A stretch of 52,140 nt of DNA from Candidatus Poseidoniales archaeon (GTDB lineage Archaea; Thermoplasmatota; Poseidoniia; Poseidoniales; Poseidoniaceae), in contig QQSA01000021.1 of NCBI GenBank assembly GCA_003602535.1, positions 15,924 through 68,063 of the forward strand, read 5' to 3'. Below the pieces are notes generated by a model, which had not been told where the DNA came from, made no database searches, and was given only the letters and a program-made list of their open reading frames with translations. How positions within the stretch are numbered: the stretch's first letter is position 1; every line of letters begins with the position of its first letter. Positions 35,329 to 45,106 of this stretch are shown one piece after another. The translations under genes were made by a program, and so were the position numbers.

Positions 35329-37299
35329 ATGCCAACCATTGCTAAGGTCTGGATCGAGGAAGATTGCATCACATGTGATGCATGTCAGGATATTTTGCCG
35401 GAAGTGTTCGAGGTAACAGACGACACAAGTCAGATCAAAGCAGATGTTCGAGAGGACGGGGCATTCGACCGCAATACTGGACTTTCTGCGATTAAAAATG
35501 AGTTCCGTTCAGAGTTCTCCGATTTGATTGAAGAAGCAGCTGATGCTTGTCCTGTTGAGATTATTAAATTTGAATATGAAGGTGGAGTTGCTGAAGAAGT
35601 TGCTGAAGAAGTTGCACCTGCTGCGTCTGAAGCAGTAGTTGCCCCGGTTGCAGTAGCAGATGCTGGTGCAGATGCAGGGGTTCTAGCAGGTGTACTTTCA
35701 GGAGATCGCAGCCTAGCAATCTTCTTTGGTTCACAAACAGGAAATGCAGCAGGCTTAGCGGAAAAAACAGCTAAGCGTGCAGTCGCTTACGGTCTTGAAC
35801 CAACCGTCATAGATATGGATGGATACGACCAAGCACAATTCTCTTCACACAAGCGTATTTTAATCATCACTTCAACATGGGGTGAAGGTGAGATGCCAGA
35901 TAATGCTGATGAGCTTTGGAATGCAACAGTAGCAGCAAACCCGTCTCTTGCTGGTGTACACTATTCAGTATGTGCTATTGGAGATTCATCGTATGATGAA
36001 TTCTGTAAGGCAGGAGAAGATTGGGATCAAAAGTTCGCATCTTTAGGTGCAACCTCAATCCTAGAGATGAAAATGTGCGATGTAGATTTCGATGAACCTT
36101 GGAATGAGTGGGTAACAGAAGTTCTTCCAAGAATTGCTTGTGTAGATTCTTCAGGAGTATTCCATGAAGATTTAGTTGAAGCGATGATTGCATACGGTGC
36201 TGGTGATGAAGATGATGAAGGCGCTGATGGCGACTTCAATCCACCGACAATCGAACAGGCTCCGATGTCATTGACTATGCGCATATTCAGATATGATCCA
36301 ATTAAAGCCCAATCAGGTTACGACACAATTGCTGTAGCTTTGCCAGGGCATGCTACAATCGAAGATGCATTGGTTGCAATAAAGAGAGAAGCCGATGGCT
36401 CTCTGACATTTAGGAGTGGAAGTATTTCTGGATTGAATCCGTTGACTGGAGTGAAGGCTAATGGAAGAATACTGCCTGCAGATACTACTAGAATCAGTGA
36501 TTTAGTAAGTGATGGAGGGACATTAACCGTCGAACCATTACCTGGTTACGAAGTTCTGAAAGATTTGATGGTTTCTTACGACCGATATGATGACTCTCGT
36601 GCTAATTCAAAACCTTGGTTAGAAGCAGATCCTCGTCAAGGGGAGAGACTTGCAAGTGGTGCTCCGATGGGAGTTATGGAATCTGCTCAAGCAACCAGAT
36701 TACACGCTTTAGCAGATGTTGGCTCGCTGCAATTAGTCAATGCAATGTCAGATACATTTGATGTTGATGACGTATACTCTGGACCGGGCATCGCTCTTCA
36801 AAGATGGGTTAGAAGTCAAGATCCACGTTCTGGAAATTCTCATGTCAAGAAGATGTTTGAACTGATGCAAAGAAAGGGCGGCGTATGGGACGAAGCAGAT
36901 ATTTCATCAATTCAAAGACATGGCATTGATGGATCACAAGCTGCAGATTCGCTTTACGCTGCAAGGTCTCGATTACTAGCAGAATACAAATTCACTGGTA
37001 AGAGCGGTAGATTGGTTAAGGTGTACTCACGTTCGGTAAAAATGTCAGGTAACGTCAATGAAACTACACTTTATCGTTCAGTATTGGGGCCATTAGGACT
37101 CGGTTCTAATATTATGAACGGGGTATCATTACGAATGATGCTAGGATTCACCAGAAATGGAGGTCCAATGATGAGAGGATTCCAAGGAATGCTTGTACCT
37201 CCTGCTGGCATTGGAAAGATTCCTGATATGTTCAATAGTAAGGTTGTTAATCATCACGAAGTAGTTGCAATTTTCAATGAATTAGATAGGAGATTCTGA
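35329..37299 (+). CDS. Fusion: ferredoxin + flavodoxin + cysteine-free SdhB/FrdB-like domain
   Basis: CITCDAC...ACP single-cluster ferredoxin; GSQTGNA, STWGEGEMPDNA and GDSSYDEFC flavodoxin; RIFRYDP..DALVAIKREADGSLTFR..VEPLPGYEVLKDL SdhB fold with no Cys in the last ~345 aa. Confidence 0.85.
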   Translation: MPTIAKVWIEEDCITCDACQDILPEVFEVTDDTSQIKADVREDGAFDRNTGLSAIKNEFRSEFSDLIEEAADACPVEIIKFEYEGGVAEEVAEEVAPAASEAVVAPVAVADAGADAGVLAGVLSGDRSLAIFFGSQTGNAAGLAEKTAKRAVAYGLEPTVIDMDGYDQAQFSSHKRILIITSTWGEGEMPDNADELWNATVAANPSLAGVHYSVCAIGDSSYDEFCKAGEDWDQKFASLGATSILEMKMCDVDFDEPWNEWVTEVLPRIACVDSSGVFHEDLVEAMIAYGAGDEDDEGADGDFNPPTIEQAPMSLTMRIFRYDPIKAQSGYDTIAVALPGHATIEDALVAIKREADGSLTFRSGSISGLNPLTGVKANGRILPADTTRISDLVSDGGTLTVEPLPGYEVLKDLMVSYDRYDDSRANSKPWLEADPRQGERLASGAPMGVMESAQATRLHALADVGSLQLVNAMSDTFDVDDVYSGPGIALQRWVRSQDPRSGNSHVKKMFELMQRKGGVWDEADISSIQRHGIDGSQAADSLYAARSRLLAEYKFTGKSGRLVKVYSRSVKMSGNVNETTLYRSVLGPLGLGSNIMNGVSLRMMLGFTRNGGPMMRGFQGMLVPPAGIGKIPDMFNSKVVNHHEVVAIFNELDRRF

Positions 37300-37308
37300 G
37301 GTGAAATT

Positions 37309-38169
37309 ATGGTTAAGTATTCTTATTATCCTGGAAATGTAGCCCGTCAATCCTCAAGAGAAGTTGAAGATACAATCCAGCCTCTTTGCCGCAGTTTAGG
37401 CATTGAGTTAATCGAAATGGTGGGATATAATGGAGATGGTGGAAACATCATCAAGCAAGGAAATAGGGATTTACAATTGGCTCTTAATGCTCGTAATCTT
37501 GCAATCGCAATGAAGAACGGACATGACATTATCACCCCTTGTGCTTCAGCCCAAGGTATTCTTCATGATTCGCTCAAAACTTTCCGAGAGAACCCAATAG
37601 CATTAGCAGATGCAAATCGCGTACTTGAGATGACTACAGGAATGACTCTAGATGTTTCAGAAATAACGACCAACCATTTGCTACATGTCCTTGTAGATGA
37701 AATTGGTTTGGATAAAGTGGAAGCAGCAGTTGTCAATCCTCTGGATATGGATATTGCTTGCTATTATGGACCTCATATGCAAATTGAAGGTGCATGTGGT
37801 AATGATGATGCCTGGAATCCAAGTTACATGGAGCAACTGATAACTGCATTAGGTGGACGCCCAGTTGAATACAAGACGAAGACTTCTAGCGTTGGTAATC
37901 CATCACTTCTTTCATTAGGGGATTCTGTGATGAAAATGACAGCTCGAGTTCTAAATGATGCCAAAAAGGCAGGAGCTCAAGTTTTGGTTAGTGCTTGTAC
38001 CCAATCACACTCAAATCTAGATTCATATCAAGGAAAAGCAGGACGTGTTTCTGGTAAGGACACAGATATTCCAGTTGTAAACTTCACTGAAATTATTGCA
38101 TTTGCTTTAGGCCATTTCACCGATCGTTTTGCACAGTTGAAAACACGTGCAATGTTAATTGGTTCCTGA
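37309..38169 (+). CDS. HdrB/SdhE-like double CCG-domain protein with degenerate cysteine motifs
   Basis: KYSYYPG, LGIELIE, LNARNLA, TPC, YYG, L...LGG and NLD match HdrB, but the CCG motifs read GDG and SVG. Confidence 0.85.
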   Translation: MVKYSYYPGNVARQSSREVEDTIQPLCRSLGIELIEMVGYNGDGGNIIKQGNRDLQLALNARNLAIAMKNGHDIITPCASAQGILHDSLKTFRENPIALADANRVLEMTTGMTLDVSEITTNHLLHVLVDEIGLDKVEAAVVNPLDMDIACYYGPHMQIEGACGNDDAWNPSYMEQLITALGGRPVEYKTKTSSVGNPSLLSLGDSVMKMTARVLNDAKKAGAQVLVSACTQSHSNLDSYQGKAGRVSGKDTDIPVVNFTEIIAFALGHFTDRFAQLKTRAMLIGS

Positions 38170-40740
38170 TTAACCGTGCAAGAATTTGTACAGTTCTTTG
38201 GCTTGTATGGATGACACTCCTTCAATATCAGTAAGTGCTTGCTCACTAATTGTACATAATCCCATAATGTCTCCTGCAATTTCCATTATTCGGTTTGCAG
38301 TTGTTATTCCGATTCCTGGCAATTCTGCCAATATTTTAGTTCTCTGAAACATCACTTCTTTATCCCATCTATTTGCTAAAACACCATCCTCTGATTCTCC
38401 GTTCATTATTGACATTATTTCTGCGGATGCAGCTTTAATTGATGCCTTTTCAGCATCAATCATTTTTCTCTTGGTATGAATCATCAATAAGTCGAGAAAT
38501 CTGGATTCCCTTTTTGCAACAATTGAAACAAACCTTGCAGTTTCTTCCGGCGACCCTGTCATTAGGACCGGTAGCCCAAGATCTAGTGTAATCCATGCCA
38601 TAGCGCCATGAACTGCATTAGGATGTACTCTCTGAGTTTCAATAGATTCTACGATTAACAATGGCCTGGGTGCAGCATTGTGTAATCTTCTGGCTTGCTG
38701 TATCAATCGTCCATCAATTAATGAATCAATTAAATCTCTAGCACTTTTTCTTTCGATTAGTATTCGATCTGAAATTCTAATGTCGCCTACAGTAAGGTTT
38801 TCTAAACTAATTTCGTGACCATATAACTTTAGCATTGCAGGCAAGGTTGAATTTCCCTCTCTATGGTCAATTGTAATCAAAGTCTTTGAGTCGGCTTCAA
38901 TACTCATTGAATCTACTTCGGTTTGAGCAGCAGATGATGTGTCATTTTCTTTTTCTCTGGAATGACTAATTGTTCCATCAAGTACTGGTTTCCACCATTC
39001 GGACTTACTATCAGAAGTATTGTTAGAAAACTCTGTTAGAGACATTTGTGCCCTAGGTCTGTTTGATGGTTCCGAATTCTTCACATTGTTTGTCTTTGCT
39101 TGTTTTACGACATTTTCAGAAACATGTTCTTTTTCTCTAAACAATCTTTCTTCTTCCTTTTTTATGAACGATTCAGCATCTTTTCCATCGATTGTGAAAG
39201 ATGCCAAAACATCATTTTTTGGCTGTGCCCTTCTAGGTAATCTCGATTGTTTTTGCAATCCTTGTAAAGTTCTATACATCAGCTGCTCGCGACGTAAAGA
39301 TGCCTGTTGCACATACTCGTCACGAGTACCTTTTGCTACCAAAATATGGACATCTCCATCTTTTTGTCTAGCGGTTCTACCTCTTCGCTGTATTGCACGT
39401 ATTGCACTTGGTACTGGTTCGTAAAGAATCACACTATCTGCCGCAGGTACATCCAATCCCTCTTCTCCGACACTTGTAGCAACTAGAACATTGATTTCAC
39501 CTTCTCGAAATCTGTCTAATTGTGCAATCTGATCTTTTTGCTTCATTCCAATTTGACTTCCTTTGGTAGTCTGTCCAACAAACCTACCAGGTTTGATGCC
39601 TGGTTGGGAATTCAGAATTTCCATGAGGTTGTCAACAGTATCTCGATATTCAGTAAAAATGATTACTTTACCATCACCAGATAATCCTTGTTTTACTAAT
39701 TTCTTTACCAATTCAGGTTTAGGATGACACTCATCGCTTTCACGATCTTCTCTTAGTAAATCAGCTACTGGTGTCAATGATAGGAATCTCTTAGTTTTGC
39801 GATCTTTCTCTATTTTGGCTCTTTCAAGATATTTGATTGCACATGTTAATCCTTGAGTATCTAATAAATCCAATAATCTATGCAATCTTCTAAGGTCGCC
39901 AATTCGTTTTGCTGCATCGTATCCTCTTGCATCCCCTCTTCCTATTGCTGCGCTTGCCCTTCTGTGAGCTTCTTCAATCGCAGCAGTGGTGACTCTTCCA
40001 GACTTCACCAAGAATCCTGACCTCATCAAAAATTCTGCTTCTTCCGCTTCAAGAATTCGCAATGGCCTGATTTTACTGAGTAATTCATCAGGGATATTCA
40101 GTTCATGTTTTTCGATATCCATTGAGGTAATGTATGGTTGGACAAGGTCATCTTCTCTCTTAGTAACATGAAGTCTTTCAATTCCTAATCTTTGTATGAC
40201 TTCTAGGACTTTAGATGATTTCACTCCTGGTGAAGCAGTTGCAGCTAAAATGTGAGCCTTAGATGAAGCTTCTAGATACATATCTCCCAATTGGGCCATC
40301 GAATCTGAACCGGTAGCGTGATGTGCTTCATCAACGATTAGAAGATCGATATCTGAAAGCAAAATTCTTCCATTTCTCGCATCGTTTCTGATAACGTGGG
40401 GAGTTGCCATAACCATTTTCGCATCCTTCCAAATAGTCTCTCTTTTTGCAGGACGATCTTGGCCGGTTAATGTGACAATTTTGTCACTATCTAGATTGAT
40501 AAATTCTCTGGCCATTCTAGCCTGTTGAGCAACCAAACCAGTTGTAGGGGCTACCAATACTATTTTTCCAGGGCCATCTAATGACTCTGCCATAGCCATC
40601 CATTGAACTGCAGTTTTTCCTAAGCCGGTAGGCATTACGAGTAGTGTTGATCCTGAAATTGCTTGTTTGGCAGCGATTAATTGGTATGCTCTCGCTTCAA
40701 CACCATCTCTGAGTTGAGGGTGCGTCAGCGACGGTGTCAT
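38170..40740 (-). CDS. hef: Hef helicase-nuclease (FANCM-like SF2 helicase + ERCC4 nuclease + HhH)
   Basis: MPTGLGKT, DEAHH, TASPG, SVGEEGLD and QRRGRTAR; ERCC4 IDHRE...GD...ERKSARD; LPGIG HhH. Start likely ATG 40740. Confidence 0.93.
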   Translation of the reverse strand: MTPSLTHPQLRDGVEARAYQLIAAKQAISGSTLLVMPTGLGKTAVQWMAMAESLDGPGKIVLVAPTTGLVAQQARMAREFINLDSDKIVTLTGQDRPAKRETIWKDAKMVMATPHVIRNDARNGRILLSDIDLLIVDEAHHATGSDSMAQLGDMYLEASSKAHILAATASPGVKSSKVLEVIQRLGIERLHVTKREDDLVQPYITSMDIEKHELNIPDELLSKIRPLRILEAEEAEFLMRSGFLVKSGRVTTAAIEEAHRRASAAIGRGDARGYDAAKRIGDLRRLHRLLDLLDTQGLTCAIKYLERAKIEKDRKTKRFLSLTPVADLLREDRESDECHPKPELVKKLVKQGLSGDGKVIIFTEYRDTVDNLMEILNSQPGIKPGRFVGQTTKGSQIGMKQKDQIAQLDRFREGEINVLVATSVGEEGLDVPAADSVILYEPVPSAIRAIQRRGRTARQKDGDVHILVAKGTRDEYVQQASLRREQLMYRTLQGLQKQSRLPRRAQPKNDVLASFTIDGKDAESFIKKEEERLFREKEHVSENVVKQAKTNNVKNSEPSNRPRAQMSLTEFSNNTSDSKSEWWKPVLDGTISHSREKENDTSSAAQTEVDSMSIEADSKTLITIDHREGNSTLPAMLKLYGHEISLENLTVGDIRISDRILIERKSARDLIDSLIDGRLIQQARRLHNAAPRPLLIVESIETQRVHPNAVHGAMAWITLDLGLPVLMTGSPEETARFVSIVAKRESRFLDLLMIHTKRKMIDAEKASIKAASAEIMSIMNGESEDGVLANRWDKEVMFQRTKILAELPGIGITTANRIMEIAGDIMGLCTISEQALTDIEGVSSIQAKELYKFLHG

Positions 40741-40868
40741 AGGTGCTATTGTGCGTCGGTGGCTCAAGAGGATTTGCATAGGAGGCTCTTCAAATTCATC
40801 TTCAACCAAAATGCTTGAAGACTGTCAATTACAATATGGCTCCAGCGTCCCTATGCAGCGTTCTTCAC

Positions 40869-40883
40869 CGAACCACTCATATA
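40869..40883 (+). promoter_or_regulatory. Putative BRE/TATA of the ribosomal protein operon
   Basis: CGAACCACTCATATA. The same GAA-N3-CTCATATA precedes rpl41e (24388-24401). Confidence 0.5.
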
Positions 40884-40904
40884 GGGGAGGTAAGTCGGGA
40901 GACT

Positions 40905-41076
40905 GCTCAGAAGGTGAGCGGCCAGACACAGTGGGCAATGCACAGCACCCCATTACTCCCCGTCCCAATCGTGGACTGAGAGCCAGTGTCACGGCATCTC
41001 CCAAGCCTGAAGAGCCTCTGTAAGCCCCTTATCGGGGGGCCAATGCGGAGTATCGAAAACATAGGAGGCCGAACAT
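40905..41076 (+). ncRNA. Structured 5' leader of the rpl3 operon (candidate r-leader)
   Basis: GC-rich, with stems GCTCA/TGAGC, GACAC/GTGTC, GTCC/GGAC and GCCCCTT/GGGGGGC, and an anti-SD GCCTCT. Confidence 0.5.
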
Positions 41077-42105
41077 ATGGCAAAGAGAAGTCACCCAAGA
41101 CGTGGTAGTATGGCGTTTAGCCCGCGAAAGCGGTCATCACGCCATTTTGGACACGTCAAGTCGTGGCCAGAAACCGATGCGAGCGAGGTCCGTGTACAGG
41201 GATTCGCCGGCTGGAAAGCTGGCATGACCCACGTCATGGCTCGTGATCTAAACCCTAGATCGAACAGTGCAGGTCAGGAAGTAAGAATTCCTGTTACTGT
41301 TGTTGAAGTACCTAAGATGAGGGTACTCGGTGTTCGTGGATACAAGATGACTCCGTACGGCAAGCAAGCTGCTGGCGAAGCATGGGTTGATGCTGAACAA
41401 ATTTCTGAAGCGTTCCCACAACTGGTAGAACGCCGTCTTCACAATAATGCTCTAAAATCTCATGATTCAGACAAGCATCTTGAAGCGCTTGGTGAGGCAG
41501 ATCTTGTAGAAATTAGAATCATTGCTGCAACACAGCCACATTCAATCACAGGTACTCCTTCTAAGACTCCTGAAGTAATGGAATTAGGACTTGTTGGCGG
41601 CGATACTGCTGCTAAATTAGAATGGGCAAAGGAGAACATGGGCCAGGAACTTTCAATTTCTGATGTATTCAACGAGGGCGTCTTTGTAGATGCAATCGGT
41701 GTTACTAAGGGATATGGATGGCAAGGTGTAATCAAGAGATTCGGTGGGAAACTGCAATCTCACAAGAACTCAAAGAAGCGCCGTCAACATGGTAACATGG
41801 GTGACTTCGGAACAGGATATGTCCGTAAGACAATCCGCCAAGGTGGTCAAACTGGATACCACCAGAGAACTGAATACAACAAGAGAATTCTTTCAATAGC
41901 TTCTGCCGAAGAAAAAGCAATCACTCCTGCTGGAGGATTCCTTCACTATGGAGAAGTTAATTCAGAATACGTATTGGTCAAGGGAAGCCTTCCAGGTCCT
42001 GCAAAGCGCTTGGTAAGGTTCCGAGATGCAACTCGTGGATCTGATAAGGTCGAACATCCGTTCGAAATCACATATGTTAGCACAGCTAGCAAACAGGGGG
42101 TCTGA
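41077..42105 (+). CDS. rpl3: 50S ribosomal protein L3
   Basis: PRRGSMAFSPRKR, GWKAGMTH, GQTGYHQRTEYNKRI. Confidence 0.97.
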   Translation: MAKRSHPRRGSMAFSPRKRSSRHFGHVKSWPETDASEVRVQGFAGWKAGMTHVMARDLNPRSNSAGQEVRIPVTVVEVPKMRVLGVRGYKMTPYGKQAAGEAWVDAEQISEAFPQLVERRLHNNALKSHDSDKHLEALGEADLVEIRIIAATQPHSITGTPSKTPEVMELGLVGGDTAAKLEWAKENMGQELSISDVFNEGVFVDAIGVTKGYGWQGVIKRFGGKLQSHKNSKKRRQHGNMGDFGTGYVRKTIRQGGQTGYHQRTEYNKRILSIASAEEKAITPAGGFLHYGEVNSEYVLVKGSLPGPAKRLVRFRDATRGSDKVEHPFEITYVSTASKQGV

Positions 42106-42107
42106 AG

Positions 42108-42977
42108 ATGAAGGTAGCAGTACACAACATCATCAACAATGTCGAGCAAGACGAACTCGATGCTGGAAGACTTCAGGAAGTTTACGACATCGGTGTGGAA
42201 TTAGGAAAGAAAGTTTCACTGCCTGATTCATTTAGCACAGAAATCCGCACAGATCTGGTCAAACTAGCAGTGGCAAGTGCTCGTGCTAACCGTCGACAAG
42301 CATACGGTTCCAACGCTCATGTTGGAAAGCGTAAGCCAATGAGTGGTATGAAGCACTCAGTCGAATGGTGGGGCAAGGGACGTGGTGTTTCTCGTATTAT
42401 GAGAAGAACCGGTCAGCGCCGTGGTGCACAAAACCCGCACACTCTGGGTGGACGCCGTGCTCATGGTCCTAAGGTAGAGAAAGACTGGTCTCGTAAGTTA
42501 AACCGTAACGAGAGAAGACTTGCTCGAAACTCTGCTTTAACTGCAACTACTGATGTTGAAATGGTATCCAGCCGTGGACACCGTTTCGCAGAAGAAATTT
42601 CATCTCTTCCTATTATCTTAGGAGACTATTCTGAAAATGGAAAGAAAATTGACATTGAAGCATTCAACCTATCTGGTGGAACTCGCAAAGTCAGTGCAAT
42701 CTTCGAGGCTCTAGGTCTTGGAGACGATCTTCGCCGTGCAAGGGATGGTCGTAAGATTAGAGCAGGAAAGGCTACAATGCGTGGACGTGTCCACAAGACT
42801 CCAAAGAGTGTTCTATTAGTTGTAGCAAATAAAGACGGCCTTGCTAAGGCTGCACGTAATCTCCCAGGCGTCGACGTTGTCGCTGCTAAGGACCTATCAG
42901 CTGAGCATCTCGCCCCTGGTGGCGATCTTGGCCGTCTAACTGTCTTTACTAAGGCAGCAGTGGAGGCACTGAATTGA
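42108..42977 (+). CDS. rpl4: 50S ribosomal protein L4
   Basis: WGKGRGVSRI, GGRRAHGPK, LAPGGDLGRLT. Confidence 0.97.
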   Translation: MKVAVHNIINNVEQDELDAGRLQEVYDIGVELGKKVSLPDSFSTEIRTDLVKLAVASARANRRQAYGSNAHVGKRKPMSGMKHSVEWWGKGRGVSRIMRRTGQRRGAQNPHTLGGRRAHGPKVEKDWSRKLNRNERRLARNSALTATTDVEMVSSRGHRFAEEISSLPIILGDYSENGKKIDIEAFNLSGGTRKVSAIFEALGLGDDLRRARDGRKIRAGKATMRGRVHKTPKSVLLVVANKDGLAKAARNLPGVDVVAAKDLSAEHLAPGGDLGRLTVFTKAAVEALN

Positions 42978-42990
42978 GGAGGTGTGATGA

Positions 42991-43251
42991 ATGGTAAATC
43001 CGTATGATGTAATCATGATGCCTTGGATCACTGAAAAGGCTATGGAAGCAAGAACTGCAGGTAACCGCTTGGAGTTTATTGTTCGCCGCAGCGCTTCTAA
43101 GTCAGAAATAGCAGAAGCAGTTGAGAAATTATTCGATGCTGAAGTTGCTAAAGTCAATGTCCGTAATACCAAGAATGGAAAGGTAGCAAGCGTCAGACTC
43201 GCTGAAGGCTACCATGCAGATGAGGCTGCTATGCGACTTGGCGCATTCTGA
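42991..43251 (+). CDS. rpl23: 50S ribosomal protein L23
   Basis: PWITEKAM, NRLEFIV, VAKVN; operon position. Confidence 0.95.
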   Translation: MVNPYDVIMMPWITEKAMEARTAGNRLEFIVRRSASKSEIAEAVEKLFDAEVAKVNVRNTKNGKVASVRLAEGYHADEAAMRLGAF

Positions 43252-43263
43252 TGAGGTGATATC

Positions 43264-43983
<720 letters not shown>

Positions 43984-43994
43984 GGTGAATTATT

Positions 43995-44489
43995 ATGGCA
44001 AAGAAAAAGAAGTCCTTTATGACCCCTAAAGCGAGCAGAAGAAAGGCTCGTAAGAAGCGCACAACCGTAACAGGTCGCAAGAAGAAAGAATTCACATACC
44101 GTGGATATGAAGTAGAAGAACTGAAGGCTATGCCGCTTTGGCCATCTGAAGAAGATCCAAGCGCACCTTCAGTAATTACTCTACTAACTAGCCGTGCACG
44201 AAGATCAATTGCTCGTGGGCTATCTTCGGAAAATGAACATTTCATCGATCGTATGCGCCGTTCAACTGGCCGCACCGTTCGCACGCATCGCCGTGACGTC
44301 CCAATCCTGCCTGAATTCGTTGGCAAAAGAATCGCTGTTCACAACGGACAGAATTTCGTTGAGATAGATGTCAAGCCAGAAATGATTGGACACTATCTAG
44401 GAGAGTTCGCCCTAACCAGAAAGAGTGTAACACACTCTGGACCTGGTGTTGGTGCGACACGCTCTTCAACACACGTAGCATTGAAGTGA
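43995..44489 (+). CDS. rps19: 30S ribosomal protein S19
   Basis: EFTYRG, RTHRRD, MIGHYLGEFALTR. Confidence 0.97.
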   Translation: MAKKKKSFMTPKASRRKARKKRTTVTGRKKKEFTYRGYEVEELKAMPLWPSEEDPSAPSVITLLTSRARRSIARGLSSENEHFIDRMRRSTGRTVRTHRRDVPILPEFVGKRIAVHNGQNFVEIDVKPEMIGHYLGEFALTRKSVTHSGPGVGATRSSTHVALK

Positions 44490-44499
44490 GGTGAATAAT

Positions 44500-45099
44500 A
44501 TGGGTTGGAAGAAATCAGAAATGGACCGCAGATCCAAGCGTAAGGAACTTCCTCAGAAGGGCTATACTCAGCTACTTCAGGGAAGCCGCCTTGCCACAGC
44601 ACGTGCAGTCAACGTAGATGTTCACGTTAAGCACTTATTCGAAATATCTCGTGCTATCAAGCACCGTACCGCAGGAGATGCGATAACTTTCCTAAACAAT
44701 GTACTGAAGATCGATAGCGACAGACCTGACATCCGAAAGAAGGCTGTTGCAGTTCCATTCCGCTTAGGTTCTGGAAACAAGAAGCGCAAGCGATCTGGAC
44801 CTTCGATGGTCGGTCACCGCAAGGGTGGAGTTGGACCGGGAAGATATCCTGTTAAGGCTAGCCGAATCATGATTAAGTTGCTAGAGAGTTGCATGGAAAA
44901 TGCACGCCATCAGTATGAAGACATAGATCCTGAAGAGATGGTTATTACTCACTGTGCAGCACACCGTGGTCAAATTAAGAGAGGATGGACTCCTCGTGCA
45001 CGTGGAAGTGCCTCTCCAAAGAACCACTACCGAGTTAATCTCGAACTATTCCTAGAAGACTTCAGCGGTGCTGAAGATGAGTTGGAGGATGACTTCTGA
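44500..45099 (+). CDS. rpl22: 50S ribosomal protein L22
   Basis: AVPF, GRYPVKA, PRARGSA. Confidence 0.95.
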   Translation: MGWKKSEMDRRSKRKELPQKGYTQLLQGSRLATARAVNVDVHVKHLFEISRAIKHRTAGDAITFLNNVLKIDSDRPDIRKKAVAVPFRLGSGNKKRKRSGPSMVGHRKGGVGPGRYPVKASRIMIKLLESCMENARHQYEDIDPEEMVITHCAAHRGQIKRGWTPRARGSASPKNHYRVNLELFLEDFSGAEDELEDDF

Positions 45100-45106
45100 G
45101 GTGATT

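Noticed and set aside
36265-38169. Calling the SdhB-like and HdrB-like regions pseudogenes
   Set aside because: No frameshifts or internal stops, full length, good SD sites, and ligand loss is selective.
40884-41070. RNase P RNA or SRP RNA
   Set aside because: Lacks the GAGGAAAGTCC and AACAGAA..GGCTTA cores and the SRP helix-8 signature, and is too short. Treated as an mRNA leader.
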